Source of the DNA: a virus
Reading direction: 5' to 3' (one strand)
DNA length: 64,000 bases
Virus record (IMG/VR): IMGVR_UViG_3300011815_000021
Location: 4,828 to 68,827 of that record
Each line of letters starts with the position of its first letter. Positions within the stretch are counted from its first letter, which is position 1. The notes below the pieces were generated by a model. It saw only the letters and a program-made list of their open reading frames with translations. It had not been told where the DNA came from and ran no database searches. A program made the position numbers and the translations under genes. This document shows positions 9,886 to 20,159 of the stretch, one piece after another.

Positions 9886-12800
9886 TTAATATCTATTTTT
9901 TATATTGATTTTGTTACCACCGTTGTTTTTCATTAGGTCAGAAATTTTCTTAACAGCTTCATTTATAACTTCAGCTTTAGCAGTTTTAAATCTAGTTAAA
10001 GATGCGTCGTCAATTCCATTTAGATTATAAACTCCATTGTCAGCAAATACTATTTCCCCAAATGATCTTTTTAATTCAAAATTTTCAAACTTAGGCATAG
10101 TAAAATTACTAAGTTTTTCGGCTATATTATTTATTCCTGAAATGTTTTTTAAAAATCCAGAAGTACCTCCCTCTGAGAACATAAATTCTCCTGTTTTTGC
10201 CAATATTTCAATTTCACCACTTTTGAAATCTCGAACATTTTTAAATCTACTTGAATCATTATCAGTAATAAATCCACCTTTATGATAAATACGTTTTTTA
10301 GTATTTCTATCATACCAATATCCATCATCACCACGATAAATGTCCATACCATGTTCAGTTTTTAATCGATTAGCTATGTCAATATTGTCTTGTGCCAAAC
10401 CATCTTTATTACTAGACGTAAACCACGCTTGTGAATTTGATTTCATATCAGAAATTAAATCATTTTTACTTTTTGCAACTGAAGAACTAAATTCTCCTAA
10501 AGACATTTCGCTCATTTCTTCAAGTAAATCTTTTATACTAGATAATTTTTTATACAATGTATCAAGAGTATCATTTAATCCTATTTGACTAACGTTATAG
10601 TTTTCTAATACTTTTTCATAAGCTTTCCAAACTTCATCAACTTCATGCTTTGATATTGTTCCGTAATCTTCAGAAAATTTAATTAATTCATCATATAACT
10701 TATAACCACTTTGCTTAATTCTTTTATCAGCTTCTTGTCTTAAATAAACCTCATTGTCTAATTTGCTTTCAATTTTATCAATTTCATCTTGATGTTTATC
10801 GGTTAATATTTTTTCTTGGTCATCAAGGATTTTCTTTTGAGAATCAATACTATGTCTGTATTGAAAATCGTTTAGATCATCCATAGCCTTTTTGAGTTCA
10901 TCTTCTAATTGTGCTAATTTACCTTTTTGAGTATCGTCATACTTAATTAAGTCGATTTGACCTTGAATCTTATTAGCTGCATTAACTTTTTCTTGAAGAT
11001 TTTTATTATAATCATACTCGTCTAGTTTATCATCTAATAAACTACGCTTTAAATCAAATTCTTCTTTTATGTCATCAATTTTTTCTTTATGAGAATCTCT
11101 ATGTAGTTCCATTTCTTTTTTTATCATAGAAATGGTTAGGTCTTGTATTCTTTCTGCTGCTGAAATATAACCTTCATATAGAGATTTTTGCTTATCTTGA
11201 TATTGCTTGGTTATGTCAAATTTCTTTTGTTCATATTGCCACCACATTTGTTGATACTTTTGAATTACTTCTGATTCTTCAGCAAGTCCACGTTTTCTAG
11301 CTTCTTGTGCTAACCTATGTAATTCATCCTGAATTTGGGTATAAACACGAATTTGTTCTCCTTTAGTTGCTTCTTCACCTTGAGCATTAATTTTTAATGT
11401 TAAAGTGTGTTCCCAATCTTTAATACGTTTTTCGGCTAGTTCTTGGTCGAGCTTGTACAATTCTAAGTCATATTGTCTATATTCATCTAAATACTTTTTA
11501 CGATTAGCAAAATACTTTTGATTTAAAGCGTCTAATTTATCTGCATACTGTTGAGCAGTAATATAGTCGCCCTCTCTTAGATATTTGATATAATTATATT
11601 CTGCTTGAAAAGCTTCTTTCCATGTGTCTTTAGAACTTTTATCTTTATCTTTACCAGCATCTAAAAACTTAGCATCATCAAATTTAAAGTTACCCCATAA
11701 ATTAGCTGCATCACTAAGCATATCACGAATATCTTTGCTTTTTTTGCTTAAATCTTCTGCTTGTTTACGTTCCTTTTCGGTCATTGTCTCAAGACCAATT
11801 CCATTCATACCAACTCTTGGGTCAAATGTTATTTTATTATCATCATACAACCGTTGCAAATCAAATCCTTGCAAAGCAGTATCGTAATAATCCGCCCAAA
11901 CTCCAGCTAGTTTATTTACTAATTCAACTTCAACTTTATATTTGGCTTTAGCTAATGTTTCACAATTAGATAAATCTGTCTTATATTGTTTATCAAACTC
12001 ATCTATAAGACCCGCATTATCATTAACTAATTTATCATAATACTCTTTACTATAAGATAATTTTTCCCCTAAAGTTTTATTATAGTTTTTAACATCGTCA
12101 TCATATTGATCTTGTAAAATTTTAGATATATTTGCTTTGTCAGAAAAACCGAGCATAAAATTACCAAGTGAATCTTTAAGTTGAGGGAATTTTTCAATTA
12201 AGCTCTTATAAGTATTTTCAGAAAATGTTCCGAAGTCTTTAATTTCTTTTTTAGCTGTCTCTAATAATTTAGTTGATTCAGAATATTTAATAAATATTTC
12301 ACTTAAATCAGGGACTGTTGGAGTAGAAATATCTTGAGATTCTTCTTTAATAGCTTTTATGTAGCTAACTACATCTTCAGCACTGACTCCTAATTTATCT
12401 AATTCTGTTTTAAGGGCTGGATACTTAGATATTGTGTCTTTATCTAATTTACTTGCTTTAGACAATTCAAGTAGTTCTTTTTTAGTATTTTTTATACCTT
12501 TAGAATCAAGTAATTCTCCTAATTTATAATTCTTCCATAAATCAGGGTGAAGTGCTTTTAAACCAATATTAAATAATTCAGAAAGAGTCTCTTTATGATT
12601 TTTACTTTTTTCATCAGTAACAACTATATCATTAGCTAAATCTTGATAACCTTTACTTTCAGTTGCAATATACTCAAATAATTCTTCATATTCTTTTTCT
12701 TGATCTTTTTTACGTTCTTTACCTAATTTACTTAGATACTCATATCGAGCAGATGCACGTTTATAATAATCCTCTTCAGTTATTAATGCACTAGTTGTTT

Positions 12801-15222
12801 TTCCACCTGAATAAATTATGTCTTCTTCACCAGTTGAGTAATCTAAGTATAAACTTGCAGATCTATTATGTGACTTATATTTTTTATTATAATCTTCGTA
12901 AACTTTGTCATTTTTTTCTTTAGCTTTAAGAATTAGTATATCTTCAAGTATTTTTTTCTGTGCTTCTAATTCAGCGTTTGATTTTTGAAGATTAGTTAAT
13001 TCATCTTTTTCAACAAAGGTTAAATTATCCTTTGATAATAGTTCATCAATTCTTTTACTTGTTGTTTCTAATTCACTATTAACAGACTCTAATTCTGTTT
13101 TTGTTTCTATATATGCTTGTTGAGCTTCTTCAAGAGAGAGGGTTAAAGAATCAAACACTGTTGTAGCAGTAAGAATAGCACCTGTTATCATTAATATCCA
13201 GCCAACAGGATTACTTAACATTACACTTTTTATTGCCAATCCTACAGCCTTTATAGAACCTGCTAAACCTAATTGTGCTGCTGCTGCTGCAACACTAGAA
13301 CTTGCCATTCCACCTTGAGATAATATTAATATTTTAATTTGTGTTATTAAAGAAGGGAGTAGATTAGTTCTCCATAATAAAAAATATCCACCTACAATAG
13401 TCAATATTGGTGCTAATCCACCCATAGAATTAACTAAATTAATAAATCCATTTGCTAAATCAACTACACCCTTAATTAAACCGCTATTTATAGTCAGCAG
13501 AGACATTTCTTGCAATGAAGCACCTAAACGATCTAGTGAATATTGAATTGATTTTTCATATTCTTGTTGCTCTCTTAATGCTGAACCCGCTGATTCCTCT
13601 GCTGATTTATAGGCTTTCTCTATATCTTGAATGTTATTTAATGCAGCTGCTAGAGCATTACCTTGACGTTTGCCTGCTAATGCCTCAAGTAAACTAGCTT
13701 GATTGATATCTGATAATTTATCATATTCTTTACCAATACCAACAACAATATCATATGTAGATTTAAAAGTGTTTTCATCTAACATAATATCAAAACCAGT
13801 CATTTGTTTAACTAAATCTCGAAGTTTGGCTGTAGACTCTACCATTCCTTCTGTTTCTAACCCAGCTTCTTCTAATTCGGTTTTAGCTCCACGGATTCTC
13901 ATAGCTACTGTCTTCCACATTGTTCCAACAGTTTCTGGATTTTGAATTACGTTGTTAGCACCAACTTGAAGTGCTATTGATTGAGACAGATCATTATTAG
14001 CTTCAGCTAGTGCACTAGCTGAACGTTGCAAAGCTTCACCAATGCCAGCACTTGATATTGAAAAATTATTACCAACCTGATTAAATTTGTCAATTATTTC
14101 TATAGCTCTATCTGTTTCATATCCATATGCTTTCATAGTAGAGATAATACTTTGTGATGCTTGAGTTGCAGTTATACCATCGCCAACATTTTTATACAAA
14201 GTTGCAACTTTTCCTAACTCTTCAGCTTCAGGTAATGAATATCCTAATCTGGCAAATTCTGCTGTTGAATTTACTATATCACTAATACTCGAGCCTAAAT
14301 CTTTAGCATTCTTAGTGGCATTGTTTAAAAATTTTTCAAAACTTGCATCTGAAGCATCGGTAACTTTTTTCAATGAAGTCATAGCAGTATCAATATCAAT
14401 AATATCATCTACCATAGATTTTAAAGCACGTTGTACTCCAAAGAAAATTGCACTTACTCCAACCCAATTGCTAAATTTTTTAAAATTGTTAGTAAGCTCA
14501 TCTCCAAGAGTTTTACCTGTATGCCCTAGTGCTTCCGCTTCTTTTTTAGCATTAACAAATTGCTTATGTAAATTTTTTAAAGCTGCTGAGTCGTCTGTAG
14601 TTTCAATTGCTTGTCTTATTTCTAAAATTTTTTGTTTCAATTCTTGAGCAGAACGAGTATTCAATTTTGTATTACTATTTAGAAAAGCGTCAATGCTACT
14701 TAATGAGCCTTGTTTGTTCAAATTTAAATTATTTAATTCTTTTTGTGCTTTGGCTGTGCTATTTAATTGCTGCTCTAATTCTTTATAGTAATTAGCCATT
14801 TTGGTCAATTCAGGTGACTTTTGACCAATAGACTGATATGTTTCTTTTCTTAATGCCACGAAATTATCTTGAATACTCTTAGTAGATTTTTGACTTTCTA
14901 TTTCTAATTCTTTATAGTAATTAGCCATATCAGAGAACACTTTAGGTTTCTGTCCAACTGTTTGAAATTTATCTTTCCATAATTCCGTATATGCTTTTTG
15001 AACTCTATTTATAGCTTGAGTAGCCTGATTATCATCAACTATTAATTTCAATTTATCTTTAGTTAATTCTTGAAGTCTTTTTAATTCCTTTTGAATTAAA
15101 TTATTTTTATCATTAGCTTTTACTATAACATCTAAAGTTACGTCTTTTTTTTTATCCAATTGTTTTTGGACATCAGAAGTATCGGCTTCAACTCCGACTT
15201 TTAATATGAAATCTTCAGACAT
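9886..15222 (-). CDS. tape measure protein
   Basis: 1778 aa helical; IDTAMTSLKKVT, EFARLGYS, IIDKFNQVGNNF TP901-like core; hydrophobic segment. Confidence 0.95.
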   Translation of the reverse strand: MSEDFILKVGVEADTSDVQKQLDKKKDVTLDVIVKANDKNNLIQKELKRLQELTKDKLKLIVDDNQATQAINRVQKAYTELWKDKFQTVGQKPKVFSDMANYYKELEIESQKSTKSIQDNFVALRKETYQSIGQKSPELTKMANYYKELEQQLNSTAKAQKELNNLNLNKQGSLSSIDAFLNSNTKLNTRSAQELKQKILEIRQAIETTDDSAALKNLHKQFVNAKKEAEALGHTGKTLGDELTNNFKKFSNWVGVSAIFFGVQRALKSMVDDIIDIDTAMTSLKKVTDASDASFEKFLNNATKNAKDLGSSISDIVNSTAEFARLGYSLPEAEELGKVATLYKNVGDGITATQASQSIISTMKAYGYETDRAIEIIDKFNQVGNNFSISSAGIGEALQRSASALAEANNDLSQSIALQVGANNVIQNPETVGTMWKTVAMRIRGAKTELEEAGLETEGMVESTAKLRDLVKQMTGFDIMLDENTFKSTYDIVVGIGKEYDKLSDINQASLLEALAGKRQGNALAAALNNIQDIEKAYKSAEESAGSALREQQEYEKSIQYSLDRLGASLQEMSLLTINSGLIKGVVDLANGFINLVNSMGGLAPILTIVGGYFLLWRTNLLPSLITQIKILILSQGGMASSSVAAAAAQLGLAGSIKAVGLAIKSVMLSNPVGWILMITGAILTATTVFDSLTLSLEEAQQAYIETKTELESVNSELETTSKRIDELLSKDNLTFVEKDELTNLQKSNAELEAQKKILEDILILKAKEKNDKVYEDYNKKYKSHNRSASLYLDYSTGEEDIIYSGGKTTSALITEEDYYKRASARYEYLSKLGKERKKDQEKEYEELFEYIATESKGYQDLANDIVVTDEKSKNHKETLSELFNIGLKALHPDLWKNYKLGELLDSKGIKNTKKELLELSKASKLDKDTISKYPALKTELDKLGVSAEDVVSYIKAIKEESQDISTPTVPDLSEIFIKYSESTKLLETAKKEIKDFGTFSENTYKSLIEKFPQLKDSLGNFMLGFSDKANISKILQDQYDDDVKNYNKTLGEKLSYSKEYYDKLVNDNAGLIDEFDKQYKTDLSNCETLAKAKYKVEVELVNKLAGVWADYYDTALQGFDLQRLYDDNKITFDPRVGMNGIGLETMTEKERKQAEDLSKKSKDIRDMLSDAANLWGNFKFDDAKFLDAGKDKDKSSKDTWKEAFQAEYNYIKYLREGDYITAQQYADKLDALNQKYFANRKKYLDEYRQYDLELYKLDQELAEKRIKDWEHTLTLKINAQGEEATKGEQIRVYTQIQDELHRLAQEARKRGLAEESEVIQKYQQMWWQYEQKKFDITKQYQDKQKSLYEGYISAAERIQDLTISMIKKEMELHRDSHKEKIDDIKEEFDLKRSLLDDKLDEYDYNKNLQEKVNAANKIQGQIDLIKYDDTQKGKLAQLEDELKKAMDDLNDFQYRHSIDSQKKILDDQEKILTDKHQDEIDKIESKLDNEVYLRQEADKRIKQSGYKLYDELIKFSEDYGTISKHEVDEVWKAYEKVLENYNVSQIGLNDTLDTLYKKLSSIKDLLEEMSEMSLGEFSSSVAKSKNDLISDMKSNSQAWFTSSNKDGLAQDNIDIANRLKTEHGMDIYRGDDGYWYDRNTKKRIYHKGGFITDNDSSRFKNVRDFKSGEIEILAKTGEFMFSEGGTSGFLKNISGINNIAEKLSNFTMPKFENFELKRSFGEIVFADNGVYNLNGIDDASLTRFKTAKAEVINEAVKKISDLMKNNGGNKINIKNRY

Positions 15223-15355
15223 ATATTTATTATCCTCCTTTGTTTAAATTCTCTATTTATAAGCATTAAAAAACACTCCTAAATAGAGTAGAGGAGTGTT
15301 ATGTTGAAATATTCGCTTTATTATTGATACGGTATGTTGTTAATATTATTGTCTA

Positions 15356-15384
15356 TTGAAATATGTAAAAAAATAACATATAAT
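15356..15384 (+). promoter_or_regulatory. sigma-A promoter of moron gene
   Basis: TTGAAA-17 nt-TATAAT. Confidence 0.6.
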
Positions 15385-15420
15385 TAATTAGCAGCAAAAA
15401 AATAATTGTGGAGATAAAAT

Positions 15421-15642
15421 ATGGGCAATGGTAATTCAAATAATATAAATAAAGTTTTAATTGCGATAATTGTATTTGTAGCGCTTGGGTTGATTGGTAA
15501 ATTTTTTAATAGAATAAATCATGATGATAATAAATGTGATATTTGTGGAAAAAGGGCAACATATTCTACTAGTAGTGAGGAATATTGTGATAAACATTTA
15601 AAAAGTGCTGTAGAATGGTACATAAAACAAAATAATAAATAA
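15421..15642 (+). CDS. small membrane-anchored protein with CxxC...CxxH zinc-finger-like motif (moron)
   Basis: TM VLIAIIVFVALGLIG; CDIC and YCDKH; opposite strand, own promoter. Confidence 0.7.
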   Translation: MGNGNSNNINKVLIAIIVFVALGLIGKFFNRINHDDNKCDICGKRATYSTSSEEYCDKHLKSAVEWYIKQNNK

Positions 15643-15872
15643 ATAATAAGTAATTAGATATATTATATTGTTTTATGTTCAAGGTATATTATAATATAAT
15701 TATTATTTTACATATTATTAAACCAATCATAACACCTACTAAAAATCCAAATAAATCAGATTTTATAAAATCAATATAAAACTTACTTATGTTTTTAAAA
15801 ATATTCATAAGATATTATCCTTTCTATATCTACATAAAAAAGAACAGTATATTTCAACTGTTCTTAATTCTT

Positions 15873-16199
15873 CTATGTATTTTTTCGTTTCTTATAAAAT
15901 CTATATTGTTGTCCTGTATATTCTGAAAAATTGTCTTTTCTAGTTTTGTCTATGTTACAAAATATATTTACTTCAATGTTTTTTACTACACAATTTTTAT
16001 TTGATTCTAGAAACACTTTAATCAAGTCTATGCTATGTAGCGAGTTTATGAAGTCTATGTAGTTGGTAAAATATATTACATCTTCTGATGGTTCCATGAA
16101 GTCGAATTTTAAGCACTTAGTGTTTGTATTATTACTGCAATTAAAATCCTCTAACAATTGAAATAGTTCATCTTTTGCTAACTTTAAACTTTTCACCAT
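15873..16199 (-). CDS. hypothetical protein, paralog of 17713-18024
   Basis: RBS AGGAGG; shares FNCS, C.KFDF, NI.CN.DK.R.D, EYTGQ.YRF with the paralog. Confidence 0.8.
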   Translation of the reverse strand: MVKSLKLAKDELFQLLEDFNCSNNTNTKCLKFDFMEPSEDVIYFTNYIDFINSLHSIDLIKVFLESNKNCVVKNIEVNIFCNIDKTRKDNFSEYTGQQYRFYKKRKNT

Positions 16200-16200
16200 C

Positions 16201-16263
16201 TTAATTTTCCTCCTGAGCCGGTAGGAGATAGAGTTTCTTTTTAATCTTTCTTTCTTTTTTCAT
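16201..16263 (-). CDS. 20-aa basic leader peptide MKKERKIKKKLYLLPAQEEN
   Basis: GGAGGA RBS; stop 1 nt before the ATG of 15873-16199. Confidence 0.45.
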   Translation of the reverse strand: MKKERKIKKKLYLLPAQEEN

Positions 16264-16314
16264 CTTTATCCTCCAAAATGTAATTGATTTATATTTTAGA
16301 GTATGCTAAACTAA

Positions 16315-16388
16315 TATAAGTGTAAGCGAAGCATACTCTAATAATTCTCACTAATCTTTGGTCGGAGCAGTGTGAATTATTTTTTTTG
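16315..16388 (+). ncRNA. putative ~70-nt antisense small RNA
   Basis: TTGATT-17-TAAACT promoter with extended TG, then ATAATTC..CTTTGGTCGG..GAATTAT hairpin and T-run; antisense to the minus-strand leader. Confidence 0.5.
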
Positions 16389-16471
16389 TTGACAATTAGT
16401 ATAGATTAATATAATATATATTTATTAATACTAATTTATGTAACGAATCGTGAAATTCATTCCATAGACAA

Positions 16472-16500
16472 ATTATAGTATAAATACATACAATAGTCAA
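16472..16500 (-). promoter_or_regulatory. sigma-A promoter for leader peptide + 15873-16199
   Basis: TTGACT-17 nt-TATAAT on minus strand, divergent from Xre gene. Confidence 0.7.
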
Positions 16501-16581
16501 TATAAATATATAAATAAATATAAACATACTATTAATGTATAAATTTATACTAAATATCAATATATTTAGGGAGTTGTTATA

Positions 16582-17640
16582 ATGGATAAAGAAATTTTAA
16601 TACAAAATATCAAGTATCTATGCGATAAGAATAATATTTCAGTTTCTCAATTAGAAAAAGATTTAAGCATAAGTCAAGGTTTGATTACAAGATTAAAAAA
16701 ATCATATCCATCAATAGAAACTGTTTTCGACATTGCACAGTATTTCAAAGTTGATTTAACTGAATTAATAACACAATATTTAAATGATAAACCATTAATT
16801 AATGAATTTATTGATAAACTCACTGAACGGACTAAAAATAATCTAATTCATTGGGAAGTCGTTATTGACAATGAAATAATCGACGAATTTAATAATAAAA
16901 AAGAAATATCAAGAGCATTTGACAATCAAGAACCTGAATATTATCAAAGTGATTTTAAACAAGAAATATTAATATATTCAGCTTTGTATAATGATAATAT
17001 TATATTTTGTGTTAAGCAATCAATATTTGAAGAAGATTTATTATCTGATGATGTTAATAGTGAACATGGAGAAGATTATGAATATGCAATGTATCTTAAT
17101 CATTATTTATATATTGAAAACAATTTAGTATCACAAGATGACAAATCATTAATGAGATTAATTAGCAATATAGAGAATCTTATTTATGGATTAGAACCTA
17201 AAGAGTATATTAATAATATTATGGAAGAATTTATTAATGATATAAAGTATGAAAATCCAATAATTTATGCACCTATTCAAAATTATGATTTAAAAAGAAT
17301 AACAAAAAATTATATCCTCTCATCAGATGGTAAAGGTTTATTTTCTAGAGATAAAGAAAAATCGTTAGGTGATTATGATTTTTATAAAAAGTATAAAAAG
17401 TTTTTATCTGAAATAGTTAGTGCCACCACAATTCAAGACCCTATAGCTATGTTTTCCGACAATAAGAAATTATCAATAGATATGAAGACATCACGTGGAG
17501 AAGTAATTCATTTACATAATATAATAGATACAACACAGAAAGATAATAATAAAGATATTATTGTAGATATATTAAAAGATTGTGGTTTTAAATTTGATGA
17601 AGATAGCATCAATGTGTTTAATATAAATCTAACCAAATAA
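16582..17640 (+). CDS. XRE-family HTH regulator with long uncharacterised C-terminal region
   Basis: IKYLCDKNNISVSQLEKDLSISQGLITRLKKSYPSIETVFDIAQYFKV. Confidence 0.85.
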   Translation: MDKEILIQNIKYLCDKNNISVSQLEKDLSISQGLITRLKKSYPSIETVFDIAQYFKVDLTELITQYLNDKPLINEFIDKLTERTKNNLIHWEVVIDNEIIDEFNNKKEISRAFDNQEPEYYQSDFKQEILIYSALYNDNIIFCVKQSIFEEDLLSDDVNSEHGEDYEYAMYLNHYLYIENNLVSQDDKSLMRLISNIENLIYGLEPKEYINNIMEEFINDIKYENPIIYAPIQNYDLKRITKNYILSSDGKGLFSRDKEKSLGDYDFYKKYKKFLSEIVSATTIQDPIAMFSDNKKLSIDMKTSRGEVIHLHNIIDTTQKDNNKDIIVDILKDCGFKFDEDSINVFNINLTK

Positions 17641-17646
17641 TAATTA

Positions 17647-17672
17647 AGAGCAGTAAAATATACTGCTCTTTT
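17647..17672 (+). terminator. intrinsic terminator
   Basis: AGAGCAGTA-AAATA-TACTGCTCT followed by TTTT. Confidence 0.75.
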
Positions 17673-17712
17673 TCCATTAATGATATAATCCTTAAAAGAG
17701 TGTTTTGATTGA

Positions 17713-18024
17713 CTAATATAATTTGAATCTATATAACTGACCTGTATATTCTAACCATTCGTAATCATCTCTATACTTGTCCACATTACAAGCAATATTA
17801 ATCTCAATTTGCTTAATCTTATCATGCCTGTTAAATTCAAAATAGACATAAATGATATCAATATTTTCAAGTGAATATACGAATTTTGAATAATCATTAT
17901 AATAGTTTTCTTGTTGTTTTAGATTAATAAAGTCAAATTTGGCACATAAAAACTTTTTATTACAGCTACAATTAAACTCATCGAATAAATTTAATAATTC
18001 CTTTTTACTCATTGTTCTTTTCAT
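17713..18024 (-). CDS. hypothetical protein, paralog of 15873-16199
   Basis: Same conserved motifs; start at MKRTMS after AAGGTGG. Confidence 0.8.
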   Translation of the reverse strand: MKRTMSKKELLNLFDEFNCSCNKKFLCAKFDFINLKQQENYYNDYSKFVYSLENIDIIYVYFEFNRHDKIKQIEINIACNVDKYRDDYEWLEYTGQLYRFKLY

Positions 18025-18043
18025 TTTAGTCCCACCTTTACAA

Positions 18044-18238
18044 TTAATCATCTTGAAAAATATCTAACAACGAAACACCTAATCCTCTTGCTATTTTAAA
18101 AGCGATAGATAGCTTTATATCAAAATATTCATCACTTTCAATTCGTTGCAAGGTACTTTTAGAAACACCTGTTATTAATGCTAGTTCTCTTAAAGACAGA
18201 TTTCTTTCTTTTCTAATTGAATTTAAATTATTTGTCAT
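18044..18238 (-). CDS. Cro/XRE-like HTH protein
   Basis: LNSIRKERNLSLRELALITGVSKSTLQRIES...KIARGLGV; upstream palindrome TGTCC-N8-GGACA at 18311-18328. Confidence 0.9.
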   Translation of the reverse strand: MTNNLNSIRKERNLSLRELALITGVSKSTLQRIESDEYFDIKLSIAFKIARGLGVSLLDIFQDD

Positions 18239-18393
18239 ACTAATCACCATTTTATTTTTAGTATTCCCAAATATTTAAATCTCTTAATAGGTAGATATTA
18301 GCATAAATGGTGTCCTATAAGTTGGACATAAATAGACATTAAACGACAAAATAATACAATATTGATTTTAGATATGTAGCTAAAAGTTTTTAT

Positions 18394-19437
18394 TTATTTT
18401 TCAGAATCTTTATTTTTATTTTGCTCTAATGCAGTTTTTAATTTTTCAAGACCCTTCCACTTTACATCTTTAGCAGTATTGTCATTGTATAAGTCTACAA
18501 GTGCATCCGATGACCATGATTGAAGCTCTTGAACTAACTGTTTTTCTAAACCAACAGATATGAGGTATGAAGTCCAAAAGTGTCTACCACTGTGTGGATA
18601 CCAGTGTTGAGGTAAGGATTTATCCCATTTTTCCATCCAACTTCTAATAGTGTCAGTTGTGGCAGGTTCTCCATTATTTGTTTTAATAAATAAATAACTA
18701 TGATCTTTATTATGTTTTTCCATTATTTCTTTTCTTACTGGTAAATATTTTTCATAATAAGGCACAAAGAAATCTTTTATCAAATAACGAGGAATTTCTT
18801 TTCCATTTACACCACGACCTTTTACTTTCATTTCTTCAGTTGTTTCAAGAAATAGTCCTTCAAAAGCAGTATGATTTAAATCAATCATATCTGTCGTAAA
18901 TCTAACTAATTCACTGACTCTAGCGCCCGAAGCCATAATTGTAGCTAATAGGCATTGTTCATTTATTTTATTAATTTCACCTAGCCATTCCATAAGAGTG
19001 TCTAGTTCTTCTTTTTTAAATATTGATTTTTTTCTTACTGTCTCTTTAGGCATTTTTTCTATATAAACTAATAAATTTCTAAAATTAGGATATTTCTCAT
19101 CATAAAATTTTTCAATAAACTTAGACAACTCAGATAAACTACTATATACTTGCGAGTACCTATTAGGACTCCATTTTAAATCTGTTAATGCAAAGTCAAA
19201 AAATTCCTGCATTTCAAATTTCTTTATATCTGTAAATATTTTATTGTCATTGTAAAGCAAGTTCCATACAAAAAATATATTAAAATTAGATGTATATGCA
19301 ACTACTGAATTTGGTGAACGCTTTGTAGCAAAATTTTTCATATACTTATCCACCATCCATTGATTTTCAGGATTAATTTGAGCAATTCGCTCTTCAGATG
19401 TTATTTGATTTCTAAATGTTTTTCTACCTTTAGCCAT
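18394..19437 (-). CDS. tyrosine recombinase (position like SPbeta yomM)
   Basis: Catalytic set R (GARVSE), K (KGRG), HxxR (PHSGRH), W (QSWSS), Y (LYND). Confidence 0.92.
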   Translation of the reverse strand: MAKGRKTFRNQITSEERIAQINPENQWMVDKYMKNFATKRSPNSVVAYTSNFNIFFVWNLLYNDNKIFTDIKKFEMQEFFDFALTDLKWSPNRYSQVYSSLSELSKFIEKFYDEKYPNFRNLLVYIEKMPKETVRKKSIFKKEELDTLMEWLGEINKINEQCLLATIMASGARVSELVRFTTDMIDLNHTAFEGLFLETTEEMKVKGRGVNGKEIPRYLIKDFFVPYYEKYLPVRKEIMEKHNKDHSYLFIKTNNGEPATTDTIRSWMEKWDKSLPQHWYPHSGRHFWTSYLISVGLEKQLVQELQSWSSDALVDLYNDNTAKDVKWKGLEKLKTALEQNKNKDSEK

Positions 19438-19517
19438 ATGCGCCTCGCTTTCTATATAAAATAAAAGAGTAGGGTAGAGGAATATCCTCAAATCCTACTC
19501 AATAAAATTTTAATTCT

Positions 19518-19691
19518 TTATATTAATTTAATAGGTAATTCACTAATGTCATTTGCTTCAAACCAAGACTTAAAATAGTCAATAGTTTCATGTACACCTA
19601 ATTCAAAATCAAGTGTTAAGTTATTGTCTTCATCTTTATTGTCTAAAATTGTTTCTTTGATTATTTTACATAGATCTTCTATATTAATCAT
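19518..19691 (-). CDS. 57-aa hypothetical protein
   Basis: MINIEDLCKII...PIKLI, RBS AAAGGA; below ORF-track cutoff. Confidence 0.55.
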   Translation of the reverse strand: MINIEDLCKIIKETILDNKDEDNNLTLDFELGVHETIDYFKSWFEANDISELPIKLI

Positions 19692-19722
19692 TTTTCATCC
19701 TTTCAAATTATACTTATATGTG

Positions 19723-20157
19723 TTACTTAATTGTAACCTTAAAACCATTTTTCTTAATGTAATCACCAAATAGTTTTATTAAATAACCTTTGTTAAGCAT
19801 TTCAATTGAATCATCCCAGAACTTATCTTTATCTCCAACATCCATACCACCATGCAGTCCTTGATTAGCCCAGTTAACAACTTGTTCACCAGTAGCATCC
19901 TCATAGTCCAAATTAGCGGTATCTATATAAATCATTACATAATAACCATTACCTTCTTTAATAACATCAGACCTAATGCAACTATCTAGGAATTGATAGG
20001 TTCTTTGATAGTATAAGGGAGAGTAGTTGTTATAATAAAGCATTATAAAGCTATCTATTAACTCTTTTACTTTATCTGACGCTTTATTAGTAAAATCATA
20101 TAAATATTTATCCATAGCCTTACCTAACTCATTCATATTCCTAATGTACTTAGCCAT
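19723..20157 (-). CDS. tail-region virion protein
   Basis: Y..YSPLYYQRTYQF and WANQGLHGG motifs; synteny. Confidence 0.6.
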   Translation of the reverse strand: MAKYIRNMNELGKAMDKYLYDFTNKASDKVKELIDSFIMLYYNNYSPLYYQRTYQFLDSCIRSDVIKEGNGYYVMIYIDTANLDYEDATGEQVVNWANQGLHGGMDVGDKDKFWDDSIEMLNKGYLIKLFGDYIKKNGFKVTIK

Positions 20158-20159
20158 GT

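Noticed and set aside
10037..14795. Many plus-strand ORFs inside the tape measure gene (and similar ones inside capsid, terminase, YonO and others)
   Set aside because: Antisense shadows of long genes, Ser/Leu-rich, without RBS.
15841..15864. LexA (GAAC-N4-GTTC) box
   Set aside because: Spacing is wrong; it is an AGAACAG/CTGTTCT terminator-like hairpin after 15873-16199.
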